Shown here piece after piece: positions 8,113 through 18,437 of a stretch of 64,000 nt of DNA. Below the pieces are notes generated by a model. It was not told the DNA's origin and searched no databases. It worked only from the letters and a program-made list of their open reading frames with translations. This DNA comes from Candidatus Saccharimonadia bacterium. Lineage in GTDB: Bacteria; Patescibacteriota; Saccharimonadia; UBA4664. Made by a program: the position numbers and the translations under genes. Every line of letters starts with the position of its first letter. Position 1 is the first letter of the stretch. The stretch spans positions 5,183-69,182 of the forward strand of contig JBGTMQ010000008.1 in NCBI GenBank assembly GCA_041743505.1. The letters are read 5' to 3'.

Positions 8113-10551
8113 ATGCGTCTTCCGTTCTACGCCAAGGCTGTGTACCCGAGTTTCCCAATCGCAACTACGCACACGATCCACATGATGGATATTGTAAATT
8201 TCCTGAAGTTTGCTGTTGAGCATGACGAACTCGAGATTGCTGAGTACCTTGACAAGATGGGTCAAGACCCATTCTTTCTGGTTGCAGCAACCGGCCTCGG
8301 AAAAACCGTGGCAGTACCGGTGCATAATCTGATTCGTCAGATACAGCATGCAGGCGCCCGGCCTCATCCTGAACCACGGGTCTGGGTAATTGAGCCGCGA
8401 ATTCCAATCGCGGTTGACCAAGCCCACTTCATGAACGGTCTGTGGCACGAATTCCAGCAAAGCAAGGGGCATAAAAAAGTCCCACCGCTGTTTGGCTGCA
8501 TCACCTCGGCGTCCGGAAATGTGAACCCGGAAGCGCCGGTTAAGTTCATTACCACCGGTATCTTCGGCATCCTCACCAAGCAGGACGAGCTGAAGCCTGA
8601 GCGTGACCGCGTCATCATCGATGAAGCGCACGTCACAGTTGAGCAAAGTCCAGAGGTAGAACTGGGCATCGCCTTGGCTCGCCGCGCCGGCATTACAGTC
8701 GACTACATGTCGGCCACAGTTGACACAACGGGCTTGAGCGAATCATTGAGCGTTGCCAACATCATTCGAGCTGACAAAGCCCGCCATGTTGTTTGGATGC
8801 ATAATTTGCTCAGACCGATCGACAAGGCATTGCCGGAATTGGTACAGAATACGCTCATCCAACCGGACCCTAGCAGCAGTTACTTTCCGCAAGACGGTGA
8901 CTTTGCTGAAGCCGAAGCTGTCCGCCGGGCAGTGCTGGAAACCGGTCGTTCCCACGGCATGCTGGTGGTGGTTAATTCATTTGCCGGAAATCAGAGTGAT
9001 ACCCAGCGTTTGGCAAACCAATTGCGCAAAGCCTACCCTGAACTACCGGTACTACAGCTGGCTAGCGAAGTCATTCGTGACGTTAGGCGCAGCCAGGAAT
9101 TTAAGCAAGAACTTCGCCGCATCGAAACCGCCCGGCAGAACTACGTGATTCTATCAACCAGCGTGGTTGAAATGGGAATCACCTTCCCAACTCTCGACTA
9201 TGCGGTCACCATGGATTGTGGTTACGACCAAGAGACTATCGGCGACGTGACGTTCCCGGTAGTAGCGCCGCTTGGCACTAACTCGCTGCTTCAGCGAAAG
9301 GGCCGGGTGGGTCGCAAACGCCCGGGTATCGCCTACATCAGCCGTGAAGTTGGAGCCGAATTTGCCGAACTCGACGATGATGAACTCAACAGTGGCACGC
9401 TGACCTACGAACCAATCCGGTTTCCGATGGCCAGTACATCGTTGATGCCTCTGGCATACTTTGCCTGTCAGCAAAACTGGGGCGAAGGTGAGGACGACGG
9501 CTTGACCGAGTGGGTCACAAGTCTTAACCTGCCCTCCCGCCTGCATGAAGACTATGGGCGGATGGAATATCTCAACGAGCAGATCGACATGCTAGAGGAG
9601 CTGGAATTAGCGGAAGACAGCTGGCTAACGCCACTCGGCGAACGCATGGAGCAGTGGACTGGCCGGGCTGACCTAGCCTACGCACTCCAGTTGCAAAAGC
9701 GTTTCGAAGAAGGCGCTGGTCTGGCTGAAGTGTTGTTTTGGACGGTCGCAACCGCATTAAGTAACACGCCGCTTGTTGCACTCCGTGCCCAGCACGACTA
9801 TTTCGTGGACTACGACGGGTCCCGCGGTGCAATCGCTCATAGTTTTGACCTATGGTCAGGTTATGAGCATGAGGACTTGGCGGTATTTGGAATGGTTGCG
9901 CAAGCAGCCGCTCGTTCGCCGTACAGTCTGTTTGGCAATCAAGGCTTCCAGCTTCAAAACTGGGATACCTTTGAATTTGAGCGTTGGTGCGACTGCGCCG
10001 GTATTGATGCCCGCAAGCTTCAGAAAGCTGGCAAAGCCATCACCGAAACCTGGAAATTGCTCGGACGGGTTAATAGCGAATCCCGGCGATTCCAGGAATT
10101 GGTTGGCAGCAAGCAGGTTCCGAGTTTGATCACCATCCCGTGGCGGACTATTTGGTCAGAACTGCCAACCGGCAGTACCTACCAGAATCTCTGCAGCCTG
10201 TCGGGCACAACAAACGTTCGGCTCGAGTACAATTCGGCCTCTCAAGGGTTCGACTGGTGCGATGAGAAGCACGGTCACACGGGCTTGGTCTCACAAGACG
10301 ACACGCCTATCCGGTTGAGTTCTACCATGCCATATGTTGCACGGGTCGTACCCAGCCGGGAAACCAAAGAAGTAGCAGCGACCTGGCGACTTGCGCACCT
10401 CGGTGTGCAGCAGTCTACAAAACCAGCCGCAACGCCCCCAGTCGTTTCGCATGAACAACTTGCTTCGCAGTCAGTGCCTAGTGAGACGCAAGAGCCGCCT
10501 CAGCTGCCAAGGCTTCGTGACCGGTTAATCGGATTGTTCAGACGTAAGTAG
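8113..10551 (+). CDS. DEAH-box (RHA/HrpB-like) helicase with an HA2-like C-terminal region. Highly divergent.
   Basis: Walker A AATGLGKT, DEAH box IIDEAHV, motif III SATVD, motif VI QRKGRVGR, and an HA2-like LTPLGERMEQWTGRADLAYAL. GAAGGTGA SD precedes the ATG at 8113, which is preferred over 8068. The region is lower in GC than its flanks. Confidence 0.75.
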   Translation: MRLPFYAKAVYPSFPIATTHTIHMMDIVNFLKFAVEHDELEIAEYLDKMGQDPFFLVAATGLGKTVAVPVHNLIRQIQHAGARPHPEPRVWVIEPRIPIAVDQAHFMNGLWHEFQQSKGHKKVPPLFGCITSASGNVNPEAPVKFITTGIFGILTKQDELKPERDRVIIDEAHVTVEQSPEVELGIALARRAGITVDYMSATVDTTGLSESLSVANIIRADKARHVVWMHNLLRPIDKALPELVQNTLIQPDPSSSYFPQDGDFAEAEAVRRAVLETGRSHGMLVVVNSFAGNQSDTQRLANQLRKAYPELPVLQLASEVIRDVRRSQEFKQELRRIETARQNYVILSTSVVEMGITFPTLDYAVTMDCGYDQETIGDVTFPVVAPLGTNSLLQRKGRVGRKRPGIAYISREVGAEFAELDDDELNSGTLTYEPIRFPMASTSLMPLAYFACQQNWGEGEDDGLTEWVTSLNLPSRLHEDYGRMEYLNEQIDMLEELELAEDSWLTPLGERMEQWTGRADLAYALQLQKRFEEGAGLAEVLFWTVATALSNTPLVALRAQHDYFVDYDGSRGAIAHSFDLWSGYEHEDLAVFGMVAQAAARSPYSLFGNQGFQLQNWDTFEFERWCDCAGIDARKLQKAGKAITETWKLLGRVNSESRRFQELVGSKQVPSLITIPWRTIWSELPTGSTYQNLCSLSGTTNVRLEYNSASQGFDWCDEKHGHTGLVSQDDTPIRLSSTMPYVARVVPSRETKEVAATWRLAHLGVQQSTKPAATPPVVSHEQLASQSVPSETQEPPQLPRLRDRLIGLFRRK

Positions 10552-10568
10552 CACTCACGCCCAGCGCA

Positions 10569-10599
10569 CATGCAAGCGGTCCTCATGGCCGCTTGCATG
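10569..10599 (+). terminator. Perfect 11-bp hairpin CATGCAAGCGG-N9-CCGCTTGCATG between the helicase and Zn-ribbon genes. Likely an attenuator or terminator; the following T-run is weak.
   Basis: Stem read directly from the sequence. Confidence 0.45.
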
Positions 10600-10618
10600 T
10601 GGCTCCTTTCGAAAGCAG

Positions 10619-11443
10619 GTGATTAAAGTGGCTGACTACCCATATAAATGTTTCTGCAAAGGCTGCCCGCATGGGTACGAGTCAACCTTTTACCATCGTC
10701 CACCGGAATGGTTTGCTGAGCGGGGCGTTACAACACTACCCAAGAACTGCCAGGACTGCAAGGCCCTGATTAAGTCATTTACCGATGAGGCTATGCGCTG
10801 CACCAGTTGTAGCCGCGCAATTCGCATTTCGGCCAAGTACAAGATCAGTCACCACAAGAAGACTGGCCCCTGGGAGCCGATGTCGGAATGCACCCGCTGT
10901 GAGCAGGGCGAGAAGCCACCGGTGAGTGTTGAGCGCAAGCCACGCAAGAGTCGGCAAGTCCAGCAGGAACCAGACTTCGGTGAGCTTCCGAGTTTACCAG
11001 TAGTAAGCTATCCGCTTAATACGGTAATTGCGGATTATCAGCGCATCATCCCCCATGAAGGGATAAGTCGCCAAGAGCATATCCAGCACCATCAAGATGG
11101 TTCGGGGTACGAGCTCACCGATCCGGAAAAAGCCTATCAAGCAGGGCTTGATAGAGCAAAGTCCCCCACCGCCCTGGCCCAACAAGAGCCTACCTTTGAA
11201 GGCCTTCTGCGGTCCGCCAATGTAGTCGTCCAAAGCGCTGCCACTGATCGGTCGAAAGAATACAACGACGCCAAGAGTAGCTACGTAGTGAGGGTTACTT
11301 TGACAGACAGCACACGGCTTGAGGTGACGATCTTCAAACCAAATCCGGGCTCTAACGGTCATGAGTTAGTGACAACTTATGACAGTGTTACGGTCTCAGA
11401 AGTACTAGATAACCTCGATGGTGGCAAATGGCGGTATCAGTAA
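10619..11443 (+). CDS. Multi-Zn-ribbon protein (hypothetical)
   Basis: CxxC pairs: CFCKGC, CQDC, CTSC, CTRC. GTG start with a GAAAGCAGG SD. C-terminal domain is unknown. Confidence 0.6.
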   Translation: MIKVADYPYKCFCKGCPHGYESTFYHRPPEWFAERGVTTLPKNCQDCKALIKSFTDEAMRCTSCSRAIRISAKYKISHHKKTGPWEPMSECTRCEQGEKPPVSVERKPRKSRQVQQEPDFGELPSLPVVSYPLNTVIADYQRIIPHEGISRQEHIQHHQDGSGYELTDPEKAYQAGLDRAKSPTALAQQEPTFEGLLRSANVVVQSAATDRSKEYNDAKSSYVVRVTLTDSTRLEVTIFKPNPGSNGHELVTTYDSVTVSEVLDNLDGGKWRYQ

Positions 11444-11476
11444 GCTACAATACTACCATAGAAGGAGTGCAGTAAC

Positions 11477-12472
11477 ATGGCACGAGGCAAAGGCGCCGGC
11501 CTGATCCGGCGCTGGAATGAAGCGAACAAGCCGGATAAGGCGACGGAGCTAAAGATTCGTCGTTGGCTTTCTGCCGGCACCATGCCCGCAGAAGCCTTGG
11601 AGATCGAGTGGGAAGCCGAGGACTGGTTGAAAGACCGGTCGAAGCCAACACCTGATTTCGTTGCTTGCATCGCCTGGTATGGCAAGACGCGGCTGATGCT
11701 GCAAGGCTGGAAGTTGCCAATTGATGTGCCAGAATCAGACTTCGACGAGTGGCGCGAGGTCGGTTATTACATGACCATCGAGGACTTTCAGAAGGATTTG
11801 GCCGGCGTAGCCGGCGGCTTCCTTGAGCTCGCGGCCCGTGATCCGCAATTGTTTGTTGGTATCATCCAGCAACAGCTAGCCGAGAAGCTAGCGCGCTTGG
11901 ATGAGCTAGCCAACTTGCCGCTTGAAGATTACACGCCGCAAATCACTGAAGCTGCCTTGACAGCCAAGTATACGGCGAAAGGTCTCGGTGAAGCTGAGGT
12001 GAGAGAGGCGGTCAGCGAGATACTTTTGGATAGTGACGACATAGTTGAAAGCCGTGATATCGATCGTCCTTTCGTCCTCTATGAGCAGCTCATCTGCTTC
12101 GAGTGGGGTATGGAAAAGTTCAATATGTTTGCCATCAGCGAGCATAGCAATGAACTCAATCTGCCCAACAAGAAGCTGTATGAGACGCTCGGGCAAATCG
12201 ATCTCAACCAACTGCTAGCTCGACTAGCCAAGGTCGAGCCGAAGCTCAAGGCCATTCTTCACCATCTGGCTAAGTATCAGTATTTTCGGCTCGACAATCC
12301 TGTCGCTCCAGAAGGCTTCTGGTGGCGGCATTGGAGACGGGAGATGGAGAAGCAACGCCAAGAGCGCCAGGCGCGTGGAGGGCACAAGCCTCAGCGCAAA
12401 GGCAGCAGCTCCCAGAGCGACTCAGGCCGTGGACAACAGCCACGGCCGAGCGGCAACCCACCGCAACAGTAA
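11477..12472 (+). CDS. Hypothetical protein with a basic Q/R-rich C-terminal tail
   Basis: GAAGGAG SD 7 nt upstream of the ATG. No recognisable motif. Confidence 0.6.
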   Translation: MARGKGAGLIRRWNEANKPDKATELKIRRWLSAGTMPAEALEIEWEAEDWLKDRSKPTPDFVACIAWYGKTRLMLQGWKLPIDVPESDFDEWREVGYYMTIEDFQKDLAGVAGGFLELAARDPQLFVGIIQQQLAEKLARLDELANLPLEDYTPQITEAALTAKYTAKGLGEAEVREAVSEILLDSDDIVESRDIDRPFVLYEQLICFEWGMEKFNMFAISEHSNELNLPNKKLYETLGQIDLNQLLARLAKVEPKLKAILHHLAKYQYFRLDNPVAPEGFWWRHWRREMEKQRQERQARGGHKPQRKGSSSQSDSGRGQQPRPSGNPPQQ

Positions 12473-12507
12473 CGTCGCCAATCTCAGAGAGGAAAGATTT
12501 GTAAAAG

Positions 12508-12543
12508 AAAGCCCGTCCCGGATTCATCCGCGACGGGCTTTTC
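12508..12543 (+). terminator. Rho-independent terminator (AAAGCCCGTC..GACGGGCTTT followed by TTTTCAATT)
   Basis: 10-bp stem followed by a T-run. Lies 3' of the 11477-12472 gene. Confidence 0.7.
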
Positions 12544-12578
12544 AATTGAGTTTAAGTAGCCTGGACTACGTTTAATCG

Positions 12579-12842
12579 ATGAAAAAAGAATACCGCTTCG
12601 ATTTAAATAACCTGCCACTGGAGCAGGAAGTGGTTGATAAGCATAAAGCACTTTTGCAAGACTGGTTTTATGCCATGCGGCTCGTGGACCTCTTTTGGGG
12701 CGGGCATCAATACTTTCTGCTCTCTCGAACACATCAAGCTACACCGTCACGTGATGACTTTGAGCCCCATCCGAAATTACGTCTTGACCGGTTCGTTCTG
12801 GTGGCGACATTAGCATGCAACACAATATTTGCGACGTGGTAA
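12579..12842 (+). CDS. Small hypothetical protein (uncertain)
   Basis: 87-aa ORF with no SD. Overlaps the start of the next gene. Confidence 0.3.
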   Translation: MKKEYRFDLNNLPLEQEVVDKHKALLQDWFYAMRLVDLFWGGHQYFLLSRTHQATPSRDDFEPHPKLRLDRFVLVATLACNTIFATW

Positions 12843-12858
12843 ACTAACTACAAGCATT

Positions 12859-13527
12859 ATGCATCCAACGCTCAACCTCGATCTATTAAATTTTACTGAT
12901 CCAATTATCCAGTGGATCAACGCGGTAGTGACCCGGCTACCGATGCTGATATTACTGTTGCTAGTCGGTATTCTGACAGTCCGAATCACTATCCGGATAC
13001 TCAAATTTGTCTTTTCGATCACTATTGTTCATGAGGCCTTGCGGGGCGTTCTCATTTCAATCATCGAGATTATCCTCTGGATATTCTTATCCATCGGCAT
13101 TCTTCACGAACTAGGCTTTGAGGGCGTTATACTGTTCTTTACCGGGTCCATTGCGGCGCTTGGTTTGGCTATGGCAGCCGGCGGCTCAACCTTAGTGGCC
13201 GATATTATTGCCGGAATTTTTCTCGCTCGTGACGTTGACTTTGGCGTCGGCGATGAGGTCATTGTGGGCGAAACACCCACTCAAGGTATCGTCGAAAGCC
13301 TGGACGCGCGTCGCACCCGTATCCGTGATAAAGATGGCGTGCTGCATATCATCCCCAATTCCATTGTCGAGCGCAAAGAATGGGTCTTGCTTCGTAAAAG
13401 CCAGGGCATTAGTCCATTAGCCGCTGCTGTTAGCACAGCTAGACATATCAGGCGGGTAGCCGCAGCCAAAACCCAGTCCATCAGCGGCCAAACTTCAGCT
13501 ACCCGAAAAGAAAAATCTTCTTTGTAA
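12859..13527 (+). CDS. MscS-family mechanosensitive channel
   Basis: TM helices followed by the MscS beta-domain DVDFGVGDEVIVGETPTQGIVESLDARRTRIRDKDGVLHIIPNS. ATG at 12859 is preferred over the TTG at 12829. Confidence 0.75.
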   Translation: MHPTLNLDLLNFTDPIIQWINAVVTRLPMLILLLLVGILTVRITIRILKFVFSITIVHEALRGVLISIIEIILWIFLSIGILHELGFEGVILFFTGSIAALGLAMAAGGSTLVADIIAGIFLARDVDFGVGDEVIVGETPTQGIVESLDARRTRIRDKDGVLHIIPNSIVERKEWVLLRKSQGISPLAAAVSTARHIRRVAAAKTQSISGQTSATRKEKSSL

Positions 13528-13598
13528 TAATGACCAATAACATTCACAGCTTGCAGCAGCTATTATTACAAGGTAAGTTAGAAGAGTAAACGATAGGC

Positions 13599-13856
13599 AT
13601 GGATATGACCACGGTTGAAACGGTTCTGGTAGTTTTTCTAGCCACAGCTCTCCTGATATTCCTGATACTCGCCATCACAGCGGTGGCAATCATAATAAGT
13701 ATATTGAAGAATCTCAAGCGCATATCGCAGAAGGCTGAGGAGACCAGCGAGAGCTTTGCAGACATCGCCAAAATGATCGGCAAGCGGGCTGCCCCGGTGG
13801 CTCTATCAGCGGTGGTAGCGGCGGCTATGAGAAGATTTAGAAGTAAAAAAGGCTAG
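13599..13856 (+). CDS. Small membrane protein (DUF948/YtxG-like)
   Basis: One TM helix plus a short charged helix. Adjacent to a YtxH-like gene. Confidence 0.5.
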   Translation: MDMTTVETVLVVFLATALLIFLILAITAVAIIISILKNLKRISQKAEETSESFADIAKMIGKRAAPVALSAVVAAAMRRFRSKKG

Positions 13857-13864
13857 GAGGCAAA

Positions 13865-14332
13865 ATGAAGCGCGGCGGATTTGTTAAAGGAACGGTTATT
13901 GGAGCATTAGTTGGAGCGGCGGCCGGGCTATTATTGGCGCCCAAGAGCGGCAAGGAAACTCAGGCCGACATTAAGCGCAAGGTTAAAGGTACCTACCAGG
14001 ATATTAATGAACAATTGCGCCGGATGAGTGACGAGGTCGGCGGACGGGTCGATACATTGAAGGAGGCCGCTAAGGACCTAAAGGGCGAGGCGCGTGAGGA
14101 AAGCCAGGAGCTCATTCGCCGGGCTGAGGTTCTCAAGCAAGATCTTCGTATCTCTGCCTCGAACTTGGCTGAAAGCGGTGCCATGACCAAAGACGTCGCC
14201 GTAAAGAATGTTAAGCATCTCTTGGACGAGGGTTCCAAAGTCATGACTGAACTGGAGCGCGTAACCAAGCACCTGGCTGTATCAGCCAAAGGCAAGCTAA
14301 CTGACACAAAGCGCAACGACCCGGAACTCTAG
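13865..14332 (+). CDS. YtxH-like (DUF948) general-stress-type membrane protein
   Basis: GFVKGTVIGALVGAAAGLLLAPKSGKETQADIKRKVKG followed by coiled coil. Confidence 0.65.
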   Translation: MKRGGFVKGTVIGALVGAAAGLLLAPKSGKETQADIKRKVKGTYQDINEQLRRMSDEVGGRVDTLKEAAKDLKGEAREESQELIRRAEVLKQDLRISASNLAESGAMTKDVAVKNVKHLLDEGSKVMTELERVTKHLAVSAKGKLTDTKRNDPEL

Positions 14333-14334
14333 AC

Positions 14335-14613
14335 ATGGCCAAAAAAAATCCGGATCCGCGTACCGGAGTGGACTACGAGAAGCTCGGGCGTGCCGTCGAA
14401 CAGGCCCTGGTCCAGGACTATCTCGATCTGCTAGGTAATACGAAGCGCCAGATCTGGAGCGCCTTCGTGCGTGGCATATTCATCGGTCTCGGCACAGTCA
14501 TTGGGGCTACCCTCGTGGTAGCGCTCCTCCTCTGGATATTGCATCAGCTGGGCGGCCTGCCAGTTATCGGTGAGTACTTACAGGGCGTGGGCAACACTAT
14601 CAAGAGTAAATAG
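14335..14613 (+). CDS. Small membrane protein (hypothetical)
   Basis: C-terminal TM helix IFIGLGTVIGATLVVALLLWIL. Confidence 0.5.
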   Translation: MAKKNPDPRTGVDYEKLGRAVEQALVQDYLDLLGNTKRQIWSAFVRGIFIGLGTVIGATLVVALLLWILHQLGGLPVIGEYLQGVGNTIKSK

Positions 14614-14714
14614 CCCCAGGCTACGCCCGCCTCTATCATAACCGTAACAATTATCAAGACTGGTTTTGCCACCCCTGGCTGGTAAAATATAAGTCTGTAT
14701 AACGGGGGAGAGGT

Positions 14715-17700
14715 GTGAGCGAGGCCACCGTGGAAACGAAGCCGCAATTCGTTCATCTGCACAATCATAGCCACTACAGTTTGCTCGACGGTCTGCAAAA
14801 GGTCCCCGGTATGCTCGATCGTATTCAGGAACTGGGTATGACTGCGGTCGCCATCACCGACCACGGCACGCTTTCCGGCGCAGTTGAGTTCTACAAAGAA
14901 GCCAAAAAGCGCGACATCAAGCCTATCATCGGCTTAGAGGCCTACGTTGCGCCGCGTGGGCATCAGGACAAGGCTGGTCGTCAGGATATGAACCCGTTCC
15001 ACCTCATCCTGATTGCCTACACGACTGAAGGCTATCACAACTTAATGAAGCTAACCACTATCGCGCATCTGGACGGCTTCTACGTTAAACCCCGGCTCGA
15101 CCGCCAGCTTCTCGAGCAGTACCACGAGGGCATCATCGCCCTGTCGGGGTGTGCGGGTGGCGAAGTCGCCCAAGCCATCGAGGCCGGCAATTTAGCCGAG
15201 GCTGAGAGTGTAGCGCTCTGGTATGACCAAACCTTTGGCCGGGGCAATTACTATTTGGAACTCCAAGCCCACGAACATCAATGGGAGCACCAAAAAAAAC
15301 TCAACACCGCCAAAATTGAACTATCGAAGAAAACCGGTATACCAGTAGTTGTCACGGCCGACTCCCACTACAGCCGGCACGAAAACCGTCAGGCCCACGA
15401 AACCTTGCTCTGTGTCCAGACCGGCAAAACCCTCGACGACACCAACCGCATGACTATGGACATGGACCTCTACGTCAGCTCGCCCGAAGAAATCATGGAG
15501 CGGTTTGCCCACATCCCTGAGGCCTACGAAAACACCGTCAAAATTGGCGAGCGCTGTAGTGTCGAGCTCGAGCTCGGCGGCATCCTCATCCCAACGTTCC
15601 CGGTGCCCGAGGAAGGCCTTAGCGAGCAGGCTTATTTGCACAAACTCTGCTGGCAGGGTCTGGCATGGCGCTACGGCGGCATTGCCAAGGAGGACATCGC
15701 CCACATCACCGAGACTAGAGCGCGCGAGCTAGTCGACCCCAAAATGGTCGAACGCCTCGACTACGAGCTCGACGTTATCGCTAACATGGGTTACGAAGGC
15801 TACTTCCTCATCGTGGCCGATTTCATTAACTGGGGCAAAAACCAGGGCATCATCTTTGGCCCGGGGCGGGGAAGTGCGGCCGGGTCCATCGTGGCCTATG
15901 CCATGAATATCACCGACCTCGACCCCCTGGCCTACGACCTGCTGTTTGAGCGCTTCCTCAACCCTGACCGCATCTCCATGCCGGATGTCGATATCGACAT
16001 CCAGGACACCCGTCGCGGCGAGGTCATCGATTATGTCACCGAAAAATACGGCCAGGAGCGGGTGGCTCAGATCATCACCTTTGGCACCATGGCGGCTCGC
16101 AACGCCGTCCGCGATACCGGCCGGGTGCTGGGCTACAGCTACGATGAGGTCGATCGCATCGCCAAACTCATTCCGCCGCCTGCCCAAGGCCGCCACATTC
16201 CGCTGGCAGTGTCCGTGGGCCTCGCCGAAGGCAAAGTTCCAGCCGATCCAGAGCTAACCCATGAATACCAGTCCAACCAGCGGGCCAAAAAGCTCATCGA
16301 TCTGGCCATCCAGCTCGAAGGCACCATCCGCAATAACGGCATCCATGCCGCCGGCGTGGTGATTTCGCCCGAAGAGCTGGTCAAGTATTTGCCGCTGCAA
16401 CGTGCCCAAAAAGGCGGTATCGCCACTCAGTTTGAAATGCGCACCGTCGAAGAGCTCGGGTTGCTTAAAATGGACTTTTTGGGCCTGTCCAACCTAACCG
16501 TCATCAACAACACCCTGCGCATCATCCGCAAAGTCTACGGCCACACCATTAATATTAGTGAGCTCCCGCTCGACGACGTTAAGACCTATGAACTTTTAGC
16601 CCGTGGTGATACCACTGGCGTTTTCCAGCTCGAGTCAGCCGGCATGAAGAAATACCTTCGCGGCCTCAAACCCACCAAATTCGATGACATTATCGCCATG
16701 GTAGCGCTCTACCGTCCCGGCCCCATGCAATTCATTGAGGACTTTATCGAGCGCAAGCACGGCCGCCGCGAGGTCACCTACGAGCACCCGGGTATGGAAG
16801 CCGCCCTCGGCGACACCTATGGCATTCTTGTCTACCAGGAGCAGTTCATGCAGATCTCCAAAGACATGTGCGGCTTCACGGGCGGCCAGGCTGATACCTT
16901 GCGCAAGGCCATCGGTAAAAAACTCCGCGAAGTCATGGCCAAGATGAAGGTCGCCTTCATCGATGGTATGGTCGCTACCTCCGGCGTCAAGCAAAGCTTT
17001 GCCGAAGAGTTTTGGAGCCAGCTAGAAGCCTTCGCCGACTACTGCTTCAACAAGAGCCACTCGGCTTGCTACGGCCTCATCGCCTACCAAACCGCCTACC
17101 TCAAGGCTCATTACCCATCGGCCTTCATGGCGGCACTGCTCACCAGTGATTTTGGCAACATCGACCGCATAGCTATCGAAGTAGCCGAGGTCCAGCGCAT
17201 GGGCGTCAAAGTGCTGCCGCCGGATGTCAACGAATCTTTCCTGGAATTCGCTGTGGTCAAAGACACCGGCGACATCAGGTTTGGCCTCTCGGCCATCAAA
17301 AACATTGGCACCGGTCCCATCGAGGCCATTCTACGGGCCCGCGAGGAAGGTGGCCCGTTTACCTCAGTCGAAGACTTTGCCAAACGGGTCAACACCCGCG
17401 AATGCAACAAAAAAGTCTGGGAATCACTCACCAAATGCGGCGCTTTCGATCAGCTTATGGATGGTAACCGCAGTCAGTTGTTGCACAACCTTGACCTAAT
17501 TACCAGTTACGCCGCCAAAGCCCAAAAGAATGCCCTTAGTGGCCAGATCGATATCTTTGGCAGTCTCGGCGCCGAAGAGAACCTACCGGGCCTGCATATG
17601 GAATTACCCGCTCAGGAAGCCTCGAGCCGGGAGCAACTGGTTTGGGAAAAGGAGCTACTGGGGCTTTACCTCAGCCACCACCCGCTAGATGACTTTGCCG

Positions 17701-18404
17701 CTATCCTGCAAGACACCTGCCAGCCCATTTCCGCCATTACGCCTGAGGCTGATGGCAAGATGGTCACCGTTGGCGGGTTTATCACCACAGCCCGCAAAAT
17801 TACCACCAAGAACGGTGCTGTCATGGCCTTCATTGGCATTGAAGACCGCACCGGCCTCACCGAACTAATCGTCTTCCCCAAAGCCTACGAGAAATCACCC
17901 GATCTCTATGAACCCGACCGCGTCATCACCGCTAGCGGCAAGATATCCGCCCGAGACCGCGACGGTCACCTCACTGACGAGCCAAAGATCCTAGTCGAGA
18001 ACGCGCGCCTCATTGATTACGATACGGCCAAGGCCTACAAGCCTAAGCTTGGCACCAAGCCACCCGGCATGACCACAGCCCAAGTCCCGGCCTGGCAAAA
18101 AAAGCGCGACGCCGCCCAAGCCGTCAGTGCAGCTCCAGCACTCAAATCTGGCTCATCAACCGCGCCCGCCAGCCCGGACGCCGGCTATCTGGTCATGAAG
18201 CTCGAAGATCTGACTGATCAAACTCTCTTACTTAAAATCAAAGAAATCCTGGGCGCCCACTCCGGCCCGGCCGAAACCTTTATCGTCCTAGGCTCTGACA
18301 GCCCCAAGAAAATCCGCCTGCCATTCAAGGTTGCCGTAACCGACACTCTGGTCGCAAAACTCAGCGAAATCGTCGGCGAGGGCCGGGTGGTTAAGTCGGT
18401 CTGA
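14715..18404 (+). CDS. dnaE: DNA polymerase III alpha subunit
   Basis: PHP domain HLHNHSHYSLLDG. 1229 aa. GTG start with a GGGGGAGAGG SD. Confidence 0.95.
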   Translation: MSEATVETKPQFVHLHNHSHYSLLDGLQKVPGMLDRIQELGMTAVAITDHGTLSGAVEFYKEAKKRDIKPIIGLEAYVAPRGHQDKAGRQDMNPFHLILIAYTTEGYHNLMKLTTIAHLDGFYVKPRLDRQLLEQYHEGIIALSGCAGGEVAQAIEAGNLAEAESVALWYDQTFGRGNYYLELQAHEHQWEHQKKLNTAKIELSKKTGIPVVVTADSHYSRHENRQAHETLLCVQTGKTLDDTNRMTMDMDLYVSSPEEIMERFAHIPEAYENTVKIGERCSVELELGGILIPTFPVPEEGLSEQAYLHKLCWQGLAWRYGGIAKEDIAHITETRARELVDPKMVERLDYELDVIANMGYEGYFLIVADFINWGKNQGIIFGPGRGSAAGSIVAYAMNITDLDPLAYDLLFERFLNPDRISMPDVDIDIQDTRRGEVIDYVTEKYGQERVAQIITFGTMAARNAVRDTGRVLGYSYDEVDRIAKLIPPPAQGRHIPLAVSVGLAEGKVPADPELTHEYQSNQRAKKLIDLAIQLEGTIRNNGIHAAGVVISPEELVKYLPLQRAQKGGIATQFEMRTVEELGLLKMDFLGLSNLTVINNTLRIIRKVYGHTINISELPLDDVKTYELLARGDTTGVFQLESAGMKKYLRGLKPTKFDDIIAMVALYRPGPMQFIEDFIERKHGRREVTYEHPGMEAALGDTYGILVYQEQFMQISKDMCGFTGGQADTLRKAIGKKLREVMAKMKVAFIDGMVATSGVKQSFAEEFWSQLEAFADYCFNKSHSACYGLIAYQTAYLKAHYPSAFMAALLTSDFGNIDRIAIEVAEVQRMGVKVLPPDVNESFLEFAVVKDTGDIRFGLSAIKNIGTGPIEAILRAREEGGPFTSVEDFAKRVNTRECNKKVWESLTKCGAFDQLMDGNRSQLLHNLDLITSYAAKAQKNALSGQIDIFGSLGAEENLPGLHMELPAQEASSREQLVWEKELLGLYLSHHPLDDFAAILQDTCQPISAITPEADGKMVTVGGFITTARKITTKNGAVMAFIGIEDRTGLTELIVFPKAYEKSPDLYEPDRVITASGKISARDRDGHLTDEPKILVENARLIDYDTAKAYKPKLGTKPPGMTTAQVPAWQKKRDAAQAVSAAPALKSGSSTAPASPDAGYLVMKLEDLTDQTLLLKIKEILGAHSGPAETFIVLGSDSPKKIRLPFKVAVTDTLVAKLSEIVGEGRVVKSV

Positions 18405-18437
18405 AGCAGGCTATAATTGAATCAGGAGATCCCTTTA

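Noticed and set aside
15321-17434. Multiple antisense ORFs (95-155 aa) inside dnaE, rpoB and rpoC
   Set aside because: These are typical spurious antisense ORFs inside high-GC essential genes. None has a start context.
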